Counted from the first letter of the stretch, positions 14,401 through 28,700 are shown. The stretch is 64,000 nt of DNA from Haliotis cracherodii (GCF_022045235.1 NW_027266271.1:16368001-16432000); one strand, 5' to 3'. Numbers and translations are program-made. Notes: a model not told the origin generated them from the sequence alone.

Positions 14401-16640
14401 ATAAGACATTTCTGCCAAAAGCAAAGTCGATTGTACAATTCCGACCATATCATGAGCATGTGTTTATGAATCACTATCAAATGGTGAAGATTCAAGGTAT
14501 CCTGCTCCATCGGTGGCACCCGTCACACACACAGTCATACAAAATCAGGGCACTTGTTCAGTTGACAACTACCGTATTCGACGTAATAAGCACCCCGCTC
14601 TAATAAACGCCCATGGCGATATTTGTTAATATATTGGCTAGTTAACAATCCCAATTAGCACCCTTTCAGATTGATCAATGTAAACAAGACTTATTTATTC
14701 GTGTATAATACGTGTGTTATATGCATCCTTAATCAGGGGAAATGAAATTCTGGAAAAATATATCTGTCGTATATAAACATTTAAGGCTGTCAACATAAAC
14801 CTCGAAATTTACGATCTCTCAACTCCAACTGTTTTTCACCAAAATAATAATCGATTAAGAGACCCCTATTTCTAAATTTAAGAGCGCTTATTATGTCGAA
14901 TAGGGTAATTACATTGGACAACATTTTTGGCGATGCGTCAAATTTGGAAATATACTTTTTCAGAGCAAAACATATGAAAGATGGTGCCATGTTTAATGTC
15001 TAATTACTCGTATATACTTGAAATCATTGCTTCCATTTGGTTGAACCATATGTATTGGTACCACGCTCTGTACATAGTATTGGTGCCCCGTGAGGTTCTG
15101 ACGCCAGGACTAGAGGCCCCAATGTACAATATCAATGCCAATACAGGCTTTGAGACATACATGAAGGACGACACAATGAGAAACAGACGTCTCTAAAGCC
15201 AAGAAACAAATTTTACCTCTCTTGCAAAATGCTTGATGATGAACGTGAGATCGTTTCCAGGAGGTTTTCTGAAAACGTTGCTGCCTTTAAATTTCTGCGT
15301 CAGTTTGAGAAGCAGCGTTTCTTCTGTAGCCTGCTTCAATTGCGTGTCCTCATCAATCAGATGCAGTATCCCTTTCTCCTGTAAACCATAAGGTGGACAT
15401 TAATATGTGCCATAAGGCAGTATGGTAAGAACGTATACGGCTTCATAGTCAGAGAAGATCATGTCGGTGACCAATCTGCGTTATCTGCCCCTGTATTGCC
15501 CATTTGGTGTATGGAAACCCGACACAAAAAACTATTTCTTAGATTGATAGTTATTTCGTAATTATTTGAAGGAGACGACTATCATGATATACAACGGATG
15601 AAACGGTGAATAATTTATGTCATTTTCTCAATGCCATGATTGTACAAATGTATTGTTTTTTAAACTGGGGCATCTTAGTCGGGTTGGACTGCAGTCAAAT
15701 TCCTAAATTGGTATTCCTGTATGTGTTCCTAAAGCTACGATTTATGGCATCAGTGGACAATATACAGTGGTGACACCCAGTCAAACCTCCTTTACTTGGA
15801 ATCATTGGACGATTATTGTGTGGACGTCCATGTATCTCCATGGAGACATTAATCCGTACCCAGGATACGTTTATCTGAAAATGTGTTATCCGGAATAGTA
15901 AAATGTACCACTGAAGATTCAAAACTAGAAGAGAGATATTGCACAAAGAGGCCTACCATAAACGCCTCAATGATGTGGTCATTGTTTGTGTACTGTATGT
16001 CCAAACAGTCTCCGGCCACGCCCTCATTCCGATAGATCTCTTGCTCTCGCCTGAAGATCTGCTCATTCATGAAGCCCTGCATCTTCTCATTGACGAGATT
16101 GATACACATCTGTTCAAAGCTGTTCTCCTTCAGACACTCGAAGCCACAAATGTCCAGGATACCAATGCTCCCTGCCCTGCTGTCACTGAAGATACAGAAT
16201 AGTTGAGCTGTCACTCATCGAAACAGTATCAATTCCCTGTCCAATCGTCATTGAAGATGCAGATAACTTCTTCCTTCTTCAGAGGCCAATACAAATACCT
16301 TGATGATAAATACATTACCTACCCTTGACATGTGTATCGTTTGTACACGGCTGTACAGTTTTCGGTCTAATTTGTGGGTAGTTAGAAACTGTTCTTTTAT
16401 TGTAACTGATGTACACTGATTACATTTATTGATGAAAGAAATCTTAACATCGATATATGCAACATAATAAGTCTTATACATTGCTATAATGCAACAAATG
16501 AATGCGAATGGTATAAACGACTTGCTTTAATTTATCACTATATTACTACTGCAGTGGAGCGTTACACGTACCTGGTGAGATGAAGTGAAATGGGGTTTAA
16601 CGTCGTGTTCAAGATTAGTTCTTATATATGGACGCGCATG

Positions 16641-16725
<85 letters not shown>

Positions 16726-19700
16726 CGATTTTAAAGTGCTAGTGCTAGACACCATGCCATGCCACAGATTGACACGAATACCCCACCCAGACACAGTACA
16801 CTGACTCCGGGCCGACCAGTCTTTGTTTTAGCGTCAGACAGGGTAACAACAAGTACCATCTTTTAAAGTCTTTTTGCATCACGCGGGGGAGATTAACCCC
16901 TGATCTTCCGCGCTCCGGGCGGACGCTCTTCCACGGAGGCAGTCTTCACATGTACTGTAACAGTATTGACATGATCACTGGTTGATCAAGATTGGCATGC
17001 ATACAACGTAAGGAATATTAAGTATATATATTTTACGTGCTATAACTGGCGTGGAGGGCCTGGTTGATCTTGCGAATGATCCATCCAAACAGTCGCTCAT
17101 ACAGAGTCTTTGCCAGGGAGTCTCGAGTTCCTTCAGCGTCACGCTTTGTCCTCACTGTCTCGATAACTCCCCCGTCACCTGCAGCAACACCAACGTCGAC
17201 AACAGAAGGTCAGGTCTGCAGTGTTTCAGCTCTTCATATAAGCCCTGATGTTTTCTTTATTAGATTTGTTTGTTTGTTGTTTAACTCCACACTCTGTAAT
17301 ATTCCAGCTATATGACGGCGGTCTGTAAATAATCCTTAGTCTTACGACAGGCATAGTCGCCTCTTACGGCAAGCATGGTTTACTGACGAGCTATTCTAAC
17401 CCGGATTCTAATACTACAAACTAAAATAGAGAAAATCAATATCGTTTTAAAGAAATAAATATGTGAAGATCCGGGTTAGAATAGGTCTTCAGTAACCCAT
17501 GCTCGTCGTAAGAGGCGACTATGCTTGTCGTAAGAGGCGACTAACGTGATCGGGGCGTCAGACTCGCTGACTTTGCTGATGCGTGCCACCGTATCCCAAT
17601 TGCCTGGATAGATGTTCTCGATATAATCAATGGATTGTTTGGTCCAGACTCGATTATCTATAGACCGCCGTCATATAGCTGGACTATTTCTCAGTGCGGC
17701 GTTAAGCAACAAACAAACAAATAAACATGTGCTATTTACTGTTTCATACACAGGGCATTCTATTTCAAGTGAGTGAGTGAGTGTGTTTGGTTTTACGCCG
17801 CTTTTAGCAATATTCCAGCAATATCACGGCGGGGGGACACCAGAAATGGGCTTCACACATTGTACCCATGTCGGTATTAACCACAAGCTACCCGACCGTC
17901 CCTCTATTTGAAGCAATACTCAGATTCAAAAGCATTCAATTCCATCATTCATAGGTACCTTCTCCTGGTATGGCTATTTTCTTGGTAACAAGGGCTTTGG
18001 CAACATCTTCAGAGTTGGTGTCCAAGAGACTGCACACTGGAAGTACAAATACCCATCAACAACATACGATGTTACTTAAATGAATTTCATAAAGTGGCGA
18101 TGCATGGTTCGACGAACATAATTTTAGTATGACATTTCGTGAACAAAATGTGGACATATTTGAATTAAAGTCCACCTTTTCTCATTAGTCAGACAGAGAA
18201 CTTTTATAATCTGTTTGACTTTTAAAAAAAATCATAAATCGTTTCCATAACCAAACTAGAATTTTCTCATTTTGTGTCAATTGCTATTCCGACATTTATT
18301 CCACATATATTTTTGTTTTAAATTAAGCTCCAAACCATTGGATACTCCAAATGGTTATGCATCATTTTTATACTTGGGGGATGATGTACAGTAAAACAAG
18401 AAACAAGAAATAGTTATTATATCATGTCGATTAGGACATCAAGACATCACCAAGTGTTGTCTATCATGATGTGGTCGTGTCTGTACTAGAATGAACTGTA
18501 CACCTACCTATACCAAGATGCTGTTCCTCCTCTACATAGGGGGCGTTATCCTCATCTTCAAGGAATTCTATGTTAGTTAAGTGAAGGATTGCAGCCAGCA
18601 CCACTTTCACGTTTTCCCTCTCCTATGATACAGGAAAGTTGATGCAATAAAATGCTTAACACGCATGTATCAAGGATGGTAAATATCAATGATATAACGT
18701 CTTCATGACTACTGTCAATTGTAGAAGACAAATCATCGTTACCTTTGGGTGAACAGAAGTACCACCCATCCACCACACACATGCACACGCAAACACGCAA
18801 ACACATACACTCACGCATTCACATACTTTTTATGAAATATGACCCCAATGACATTTCAAAAATTACTATATGCTATTGGAATAAGAGACAGTTTCTTTAC
18901 AAAAACAGTCATTTTTGTCTGATTTCTCTTTTCGACATCCTCCTGCATCCATTGATATCTTATGGACGTTGCGAGCTGCCGTTCTCAACCTATCGTTTCT
19001 ATCAGTTACCTCTCCTGTGAGACCGACATTCTCCATGATCCGCATGCATTCTTTGTACGTCTTGGCGTCGTTGATCTTAGAGTTCCTACGACTGACGTCA
19101 GCGATTCTGAGAGAAGAACGAATATGACAGAATAGTTACAAAGAGAAGTTTACTACAATGGCAAATGAGTTTCTCGGATGTTGACAAGAACATGTTTCTC
19201 TGAGAAACTACCAAGCACCATGCTACTGAAATATTATGACGTCATACCAGTGCCATAGTGGAAATATCATTTAGCTAATATAAAAACAATTATTTACACC
19301 AATGTCTGTGCTTCTATCAATGAAAATCATGATGTCATACCAGTGCCATAGTGGTAATATCATTTGGCTAATATAAAAACAATTATTTACACCAATGTCT
19401 GTGCTTCTATCAATGCAAATCATGATGTCATACCAGTGCCATAGTGGTAATATCATTTGGCTAATATAAAAACAATTATTTACACCAATGTCTGTGCTTC
19501 TATCAATGCAAATCATGATGTCATACCAGTGCCATAGTGGTAATATCATTTGGCTAATATAAAAACAATTATTTACACCAATGTCTGTGCTTCTATCAAT
19601 GCAAATCATGATGTCATATCAGTGCCATAGTGGTAATATCATTTGGCTAATATAAAAACAATTATTTACACCAATGTCTGTGCTTCTATCAATGCAAATC

Positions 19701-22700
19701 ATGATGTCATATCAGTGCCATAGTGGTAATATCATTTGGCTAATATAAAAACAATTATTTACACCAATGTCTGTGCTTCTATCAATGCAAATCATGATGT
19801 CATACCAGTGCCATAGTGGTAATATCATTTGGCAAATATAAAAACAATTATTTACACCAATGTCAGTGCTTCTATCAATGCAAATCATGATGTCATACCA
19901 GTGCCATAGTGGTAATATCATTTGGCTAATATAAAAACAATTATTTACACCAATGTCTGTGCTTCTATCAATGCAAATCATGATGTCATATCAGTGCCAT
20001 AGTGGTAATATCATTTGGCTAATATAAAAACAATTATTTACACCAATGTCTGTGCTTCTATCAATGCAAATCATGATGTCATACCAGTTCCATAGTGGTA
20101 ATATCATTTGGCAAATATAAAAACAATTATTTACACCAATGTCAGTGCTTCTATCAATGCAAATCATGATGTCATATCAGTGCCATAGTTGTAATATCAT
20201 TTGGCTAATATAAAAACAATTATTTACACCAATGTCAGTGCTTCTATCAATGCAAATCAGGATGTCATACCAGTACCATAGTCGTAATATCATTCGGCTA
20301 ATATAAAAACAATTATTTACACCAATGTCAATGCTTCTATCAATGAAAATCATGATGTCTTACCAGTACCATAGTCGTAATATCATTTGGTTAATATAAA
20401 AACAATTATTTACACCAATGTCTGTGCTTCTATCAATGCAAATCATGATGTCATATCAGTGCCATAGTGGTAATATCATTTGGCTAATATAAAAACAATT
20501 ATTTACACCAATGTCAGTGCTTCTATCAATGCAAATCATGATGTCATATCAGTGCCATAGTGGTAATATCATTTGGCTAATATAAAAACATTTATTTACA
20601 CCAATGTCTGTGCTTCTATCAATGCAAATCAGGATGTCATACCAGTACCATAGTGGTAATATCATTCGGCTAATATAAAAACAATTATTTACACCAATGT
20701 CAATGCTTCTATCAATGAAAATCATGATGTCTTACCAGTACCATAGTCGTAATATCATTTGGTTAATATAAAAACAATTATTTACACCAATGTCAGTGCT
20801 TCTATCAATGCAAATCATGATGTCATATCAGTGCCATAGTGGTAATATCATTTGGCTAATATAAAAACAATTATTTACATCAATGTCAGTGCTTCTATCA
20901 ATGCAAATCATGATGTCATACCAGTTCCATAGTGGTAATATCATTTGGCTAATATAAAAAACAATTATTTACACCAATGTCAGTGCTTCTATCAATGCAA
21001 ATCATGATGTCATACCAGTTCCATAGTGGTAATATCATTTGGCTAATATAAAAACAATTATTTACATCAATGTCAGTGCTTCTATCAATGCAAATCAGGA
21101 TGTCATACCAGTTCCATAGTGGTAATATCATTTGGCTAATATAAAAAACAATTATTTACACCAATGTCAGTGCTTCTATCAATGCAAATCAGGATGTCAT
21201 ACCAGTTCCATAGTGGTAATATCATTTGGCTAATATAAAAAACAATTATTTACACCAATGTCAGTGCTTCTATCAATGCAAATCAGGATGTCATACCTGT
21301 GCCATAGTGGTAATATCATTTGGTTTATATAAAAACAATTATTTACACCAATGTCAGTGCTTCTATCAATGCAAATCATGATGTCTTACCAGTACCATAG
21401 TGGTAATATTTTTTGGCTAATATAAAAACAATTATTTACACCAATGTCAGTGCTTCTATCAATGCAAATCATGATGTCTTACCAGTACCATAGTGGTAAT
21501 ATCATTTGGTTGATATAAAAACAATTATTTACACCAATGCCAGTGCTTCTATCAATGATGTCTTGATGTCCTAGTCGACATATCATAATAACTATTTCTT
21601 GTTTCTTGTTTTACAATCCATTGTCCATACACATTTTATACTTGTCTATGACATGACATAGATCTTAAAGAGATTGTTATGGCAATGACATTAGGGACGC
21701 CATATCCTTGCCATTATGGCATCCATGATGACGTCATTACGGTTGTACTACCAATGACATAAAGGCCCTGGAAGTATCGTCACATAAACTGCCGGACAAA
21801 ACAAATTATGCATCCTTGTTTGGTGGTGGCTAAAAATGAAAGTAACAAGAAATGGTTATTCGATTGTTATGTCGTTGAAACGGGTATCATAGTTGTGTTT
21901 TGGCAGTGTTTCGGCGATTGTTTTCAGCTTACAAACGTTTTGATGACGTTTGTATTTGTTTGGTCAAATCCAATTTTCAAGTTTATACATGTAGTTTCTT
22001 TTGCGTGACCGTTCAGTTTCAAACCAGCGCGCTTTTCACGAACTAAGCATAACTCTATATGAACTTAATTATCCCTGTCCTTAACTAAGCATAACTCGAT
22101 ATCAACTTAAATGACCTTGTCATAATAACAAACACCGTAGTGTTCGCTCATTAAGCCTATGACCAAGTGGGACGAAGGAGGGCCCAGTTGGATGGTCATG
22201 CCGATGACCAGCGTTCAATGTCCAAATGGGTACCATGTGGTGTCCGATCCCCCAACCTGATATGGCAGACATATTGCCATACAGTGGCATACAACTCAAC
22301 TCACCCACCACTGATCAGTTGGGGGGCGGTCGGGTAGCCTAGTGGTTAAAGCGTTCGCTCATCACGCCGAAGACCTGGGTTCAATTCCCGACATGGGTAC
22401 AATGTGTGAAGCCCATTTCTGGTGTCCCCTGCCGTGATATTGCTGGAATATTGCTAAAAGCGGCGTAAAACCTCACTCACTCACACTCACTGATCAGTTG
22501 GGCTGACTTCAACATTAACATGAATCGCTCAAGGATGAAAGAGTTATACCCCTTGAATTTCCATGCAGCAGTGGTGCCATGCAGCGAGACTACCACACGC
22601 TGGTGTTAAGGCATGGGCATACAAACAAAAAAACGAAGAGTTACGCCCCTTAGATCTTGAAGCTACTTCAGGACACTGCCTCAGAGTTGAAAGACTTGCA

Positions 22701-25700
22701 GAGGCGTGATAGGTTCTACCCTATACACTTGTGTATAAGATAGATCGCAAAGAACAATGGTTTATGTATCGATAAAGCATTGTTCCATCATGACGTCATT
22801 TCTTGAGATTCGAGTGAGTGAGTGAGTGAGTTGGGCTTAACGCCGCTTTTAACAGTATTCCAGTTATATCATGGCGTGTCAGCTTAATGTGGGAGGAAAG
22901 CCAAAAGTGATGCAGGTCTCAGACGTTTACCACTTCGGTGAAATCCACGAGCACGGGTATGGTGCTGACAAACCTAGAAACATAATCGGGGCGAACCGGG
23001 ATTCGAACCCACAATCATAGGTTTCTGGCGTGTTCAAGGGACGCAACTCTGCACAGCGAATCGCGGCGCCTGGGCCACCCGTGCCCCCTCTTGAGATTCG
23101 AATATGCGCTGGCAACTTGATGACTGGACGACTTTATATATAAAGAGGTGTCTGGTAAGTTTCCCTCATATATGTAGCTGGCCTACGCACATAAACGCAG
23201 AGGCCAACAATCGCATCAGCAATGGGAGAGATATGGCAATCAACATTAGAAGTAAATAACAAACTTAACCCACCTGTTCTTTAAATGGACCTGTCCGACA
23301 TTTCCGAGGTCGGATTCTATTCATCATTATTAAATTTCGGGGAATTTGTTTTAAAGCTTGTACATTTTATCAACATCCTTAAAGAGGCTGTACATAATGT
23401 ACATATTATGGATAATAAACCACTCGGGGGCTGCTCCCCTTATGGTTTATTCTACCTGCAGTGTTTTATTGTACGATAAACAAATCCCACTTGTTTCTTT
23501 CTAAAATATCAGTGTAGGGATTTATGTTAAAACTTCGCTGTTTTTTTCCAATTATTTCAAGTTTAATTGGGGTCATGCTGGACGTCGTGGGCTTCATTAA
23601 GCTTTTAAAGTTGTTTTTTTTTAAAAATAATTCTAGCTAGTTTGCCAGCTTGCCTGTTTTGCTGTGTCTCTGTACAATTTGACCATGACGTACCCAGTTT
23701 GTATGACGTGGTTGGTAAACTTAACCGCATTTGTACCGAAACGTCGTATTGAAAGAAACGGAAGTTGAAATCCATGTAAAAATATTCAGCCAATAAATCC
23801 ATATCATCATGACTATAATGAATCATCAGCTATCTCGCAGTAAAGTGTGTCAGTTTAGTGTCATTGTACCTGAAAGTAGCATCTTCCCTCATCGACCAGG
23901 CTGTCCTCTCATTATCAGCCAGTCCAGCCAGGAAGCTGTAGAAGATGTGGAAGTTGCCCTCGCCCTGTGCCTGGTGAACCACGCGCGTCTTCTCCAACAT
24001 GTAGTCCTTGATGGTAACTGAAATAAGGGAGAAAATAATATCAGAATATTAGAGTATTAACTCGCCTCGATTTTACAAAGGTAGGGATGATTTCACATAG
24101 AGGTCCAATGGTGATGCGCATTCCTTGGGAGCTCTGCCGTGATGTTGCACTCACTCACTCACTCACTCAACCCGACCTGCCACTCACTCACTCACTCACT
24201 CAATCAATCAATCAATCAACCCGACCTGCCACTCACTCAATCNNNNNNNNNNNNNNNNNNNNNNNNNNNNNNNNNNNNNNNNNNNNNNNNNNNNNNNNNN
24301 NNNNNNNNNNNNNNNNNNNNNNNNNNNNNNNNNNNNNNNNNNNNNNNNNNNNNNNNNNNNNNNNNNNNNNNNNNNNNNNTCACTCACTCACTCAACCCGA
24401 CCTGCCACTCACTCACTCACTCAATCAACCCGACCTGCCACTCACTCACTCACTCACTCAATCAACCCGACCTGCCACTCACTCACTCAATCAACCCGAC
24501 CTGCCACTCACTCACTCACTCAATCAACCCGACCTGCCACTCACTCACTCACTCAATCACTCAATCAACCCGACCTGCCACTCACTCACTCACTCACTCA
24601 CTCACTCACTCAACCCGACCTGCCACTCACTCACTCACTCAACCCGACCTGCCACTCACTCACTCACTCAATCACTCACTCAATCAATCAACCCAACCTG
24701 CCACTCACTCACTCACTCAACCCGACCTGCCAGTCACTCACTCAATCAACCCGACCTGCCACTCACTCACTCACTCAATCAACCCGACCTGCCACTCACT
24801 CACTCACTCACTCAATCAACCCGACCTGCCACTCACTCACTCACTCACTCAATCACTCAATCAACCCGACCTGCCACTCACTCAATCAACCCGACCTGCC
24901 ACTCACTCACTCACTCACTCACTCAATCAACCCAACCTGCCACTCACTCCCTCAATCAACCCGACCTGCCACTCACTCCCTCAATCTACCCGACCTGCCA
25001 CTCACTCCCTCAATCAACCCGACCTGCCACTCACTCCCTCAATCAACCCGACCTGCCACTCACTCACTCAATCAATCAACCCGACCTGCCACCTGTCACT
25101 AAACTGGTAAACGTCAAATGCCTGCATCACTTCGGACTTCCTCACACATCAAACTGACACGAGGTAATATAACTGTTAAAAGCGGCTTTAATATACAAAT
25201 TCACTCTTTCATTTCCTAATCATTTGTTCATCAATCCAAGGTGTGGTGATATTATGTACCTCCTTGAATACTGCCATCTGTGGAGACGTTAAACTGAAGA
25301 TATTTTGCGAATCTACTTGAGTTGTGGTTGAGGTTTGTTTTTGCATTGCCGAATGCCGTCAGTAGAGGGTTGACCTTAGGACAAAATATATAAAACTTCA
25401 AAACAAGTAAAAATATGTTTCACATTTTTGCAATAGCTATTTCAGATCGTAAATAAATGAATTGCGGCTGGATATAACTAAAAACTATGTCAAAGCCAAT
25501 GCATGTCTTATTCCTTAAACAAGTGACCCGTGAAGATTCCCTGGTAGAATAGGTCTTCAGCAACCCATGCTTGCCGTAAAAGGTGACTATGCTTGTCGTA
25601 AAAGGCGACTAACGGAATCGGTTGGTCAGGCTCGCTGACTTGGTTGATGCATGTCATTGATCCCAATTGCGCGGATCGATGCTCATGATATCAATCACTG

Positions 25701-28700
25701 GATTGTCTGGTCCAGACTCGATTATTTACAGAACGCCGTCATATAGCTGGAATATTGCTGAGTGCGGCGTTAAACAACATACCAACCAACCAGCCAACCA
25801 ACCTTAAACAAATACTGCCGTTGGTGTTTTTACTATAACCAACAAGATATGTTTAATTATTATTCTGACAATTTTGCTAGAAAAGGACACATGTAACCAC
25901 AATTACACTCACCTCCAATATTCTTTCATGTAAACCATTTTGGGAGTGGCCACTTATCTGCATCAAATGTTTCACCATGTATTTGGTGTTCTCTGTCTTG
26001 CCTGACCCAGACTCGCCAGACACCAACACAATCTGAAGGCACACATCAGGTATAATGTAAATATAGAGTAAATGTGAATCAATTTGTGACATCCTTACCT
26101 TGTCAGCTTGCTGACGGGGTTAACCTCTTTGGTCATGTGAACAAGGCGTCCGACCTCGGATCAGAAGGTCCGTGGTTCGAATCCCATCACGGGACTTGGA
26201 AATTTTATGGCCGCTACATTGGCGCCCAACGTGGGGCTGAGCACGTTCATATTAAATTTGAACAAAGTAAGCCTCAGTACCCTACCATGCGGCCCGGGAC
26301 GTGCCTTCTGTTGACGGGGGAGTATGTAGCAGGGCGTGGAGTCGTCCCACAGATGACATCCTTACCTTGTCAGCTTGCTGACGGGGTTAACCTCTTTGGT
26401 CATGTGGACAAGGCGTCCGATCTCGGATCAGAAGGTCCGTGGTTCGAATCCCATTACGGGAGTCGGAAACTTTATGGCCGCTACATTTGGTTCCCCTTTA
26501 ATTATACCTTGAGACAAACCCATAGACGATATTTCATGTTGAAACAATTTTTAGATAACGCCATCACAAGGACACACATTGTTAGATCTGAACAAACCCT
26601 CCGGTTGTGATGAAGGTTCTGTAGAGGACAGTTGCCATCTATTGTGAGCTAATTGTTGCCTGTAAAAATTGGGATCGCGAATAATGCAGGGATGGATATT
26701 ACCAAACAATGTAAATAAAAGCGACGAACACCATTTCCAAACTTCCCGAGGCAAGTGAGTTAACTGACTATAAAAGTCCAGTTTCCACCCTTTCCGAATT
26801 AAGCTGGTATTATGAAGTTTGCACCGCTAACTCATTGTCAACATATATTTTCCAAATCTTTTCATGTTTTTAATCAAGGTGCTCACGTGATTTGATGCAC
26901 TTCGCGATGTAAGACCTATTTCATCACAATATAGGATCAAGATTATCGATCAGCGCCGCCATTCAGTTTGAAGCAAATGCAAGTGATACGAGAGGCGGAA
27001 TCTGAGTGGTCCATAGGAGAGGCATAGAAGGGACATAACTCGCCATTAGTGGCGCTACGATCGAGCCCAGGAATTCCAGCCTAGTTCGGCAAGGGTGGAA
27101 ACTGGACTTTTAAAGTCAGTTAACTCTCTTGCCTCGGAAAGATGACCATCTCCATGATCGTAATATTTCTCGGTTGAAAGCAGAATACATTGTCTGCTTC
27201 CGACTATATCAGCAACATGTGTTTATGAATCACAATCAAATAGAGATGATTACTGGTGTTCGCGAAAAGGTGAGCGTTTCCTGTCCCAGCGGTGCACCGT
27301 TACAAACACATGCAAAGGCAAGTCAATTATTTACATGATGAAACACGGTAACATAATTTGTTATGATAAAAGTCAAAATGGGGAATTGCATCTGACACAT
27401 TCTTTTTGGCTGTTGCGTCACATTGGGAAATGTGCTGCAGATGTATGCCATAAAACGTTTTGAAAGCTTTACTGATGCTTTGAATGTTGTATCCTTCATC
27501 AACCAATATTCGTTTGAGTCGTTTGACGCTGCTTCAGTAAGAAACCGACCTGGTTGGTATGTGACTCCTTCAGTCGGCAGAAGGCGGCGGCTGCAACGTG
27601 GAATACATGGGGATGCTGGTCATGTTTCAGCGTCTGCCAGGCGTACTGGTGGTGGTGCTGAAACCACAGAGTGTGTGAGTGATCCTGAGATATATCAAAG
27701 ACGTTAAGGGGGTAGCACGAATAGCGGCATGGCACCAAGTATTGGACAGTCTGGTTCTGTTACAGTGGTTAATTGAGTTACGTGTTAGTCATGAATATGC
27801 TTTTTATTGGTTGATGTGAGAGGCGGAGTGAAGATGTGAGAATATGGCAAATTGTTTGTTATAGTTAATTAGTTCACACAGTGACATACATTTGTTGAAA
27901 CAAGCCGGAAACGTCAGTAAGTCCATGTGTGTATCACCTGTGTTTTCAAGCACTTTGGTTGATAGGGGAATGTAATCATGTTTCGATGACGATATCATAT
28001 TCAAAATACAGCTTTAAGTTTTTATACATACCTTTTTATCATATATGGGCAGCTCTTTGAAGGGATTGATAGACAGAAGAACATCTCCACACCGAGTCTG
28101 TAAACAGATTAAACAAAAACCAATACAGTACAAGCAACAATTTTAATTTACAAAGATCTCGGTTTCTATACATATCATGACGACGATTATGGGAATGTTA
28201 ATTGGTGACCATGAACTTTACGTTAACAATTACCTCTCTCGAATATCATATCATTATCTAATGCACTGTCGCAACATAAATCATAATAACAAAACTAATT
28301 TGAAAATGCAAAATTCGTTATTTTTTAAGTGGTTTGTTAATATACATAACGTACAAGACGGCTTGTTCAGTTTGAATAATAAATGTAAAATACGGAGCAA
28401 AAGACATCTCTCAGTTGATTTTATTGTACGTTGAAACTATCTCAAGTCATTGAGATATTACATATTATATCGATATTACGTCCAAAACAATTAACTGTTC
28501 ATGCGCTTAGTCGGCATTCAGAGAATACTTCTACATGGTTTTATTTTATAAAATATAATCTGATTCAAAACTTTTAATTTGATTTGGTTTTTTTAAATTC
28601 TTAACACACAACTACTGATGGGATCTTAGACACAATTAAATTTACTTTTCCGCACGAATTTACAACATTCAAACATGGTAGGGATCACGTGGTTGCAAAT

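Noticed and set aside
19235-21560. CRISPR-like array
   Set aside because: Units are contiguous and near-identical with no unique spacers, there are no cas genes, and the context is a eukaryotic intron.
24087-25157. 356-aa and 323-aa ORFs
   Set aside because: They span an N gap and a (CACT)n compound repeat.
26390-26462. Functional tRNA-Arg gene (and SINE heads as tRNA genes)
   Set aside because: Acceptor and anticodon stems are mismatched and the sequences are embedded in LTRs or SINEs with TSDs; treated as tRNA-derived.
26074-26610. 178-aa plus-strand ORF with an internal repeat
   Set aside because: Chance read-through of the two LTRs; no gag or pol motifs.
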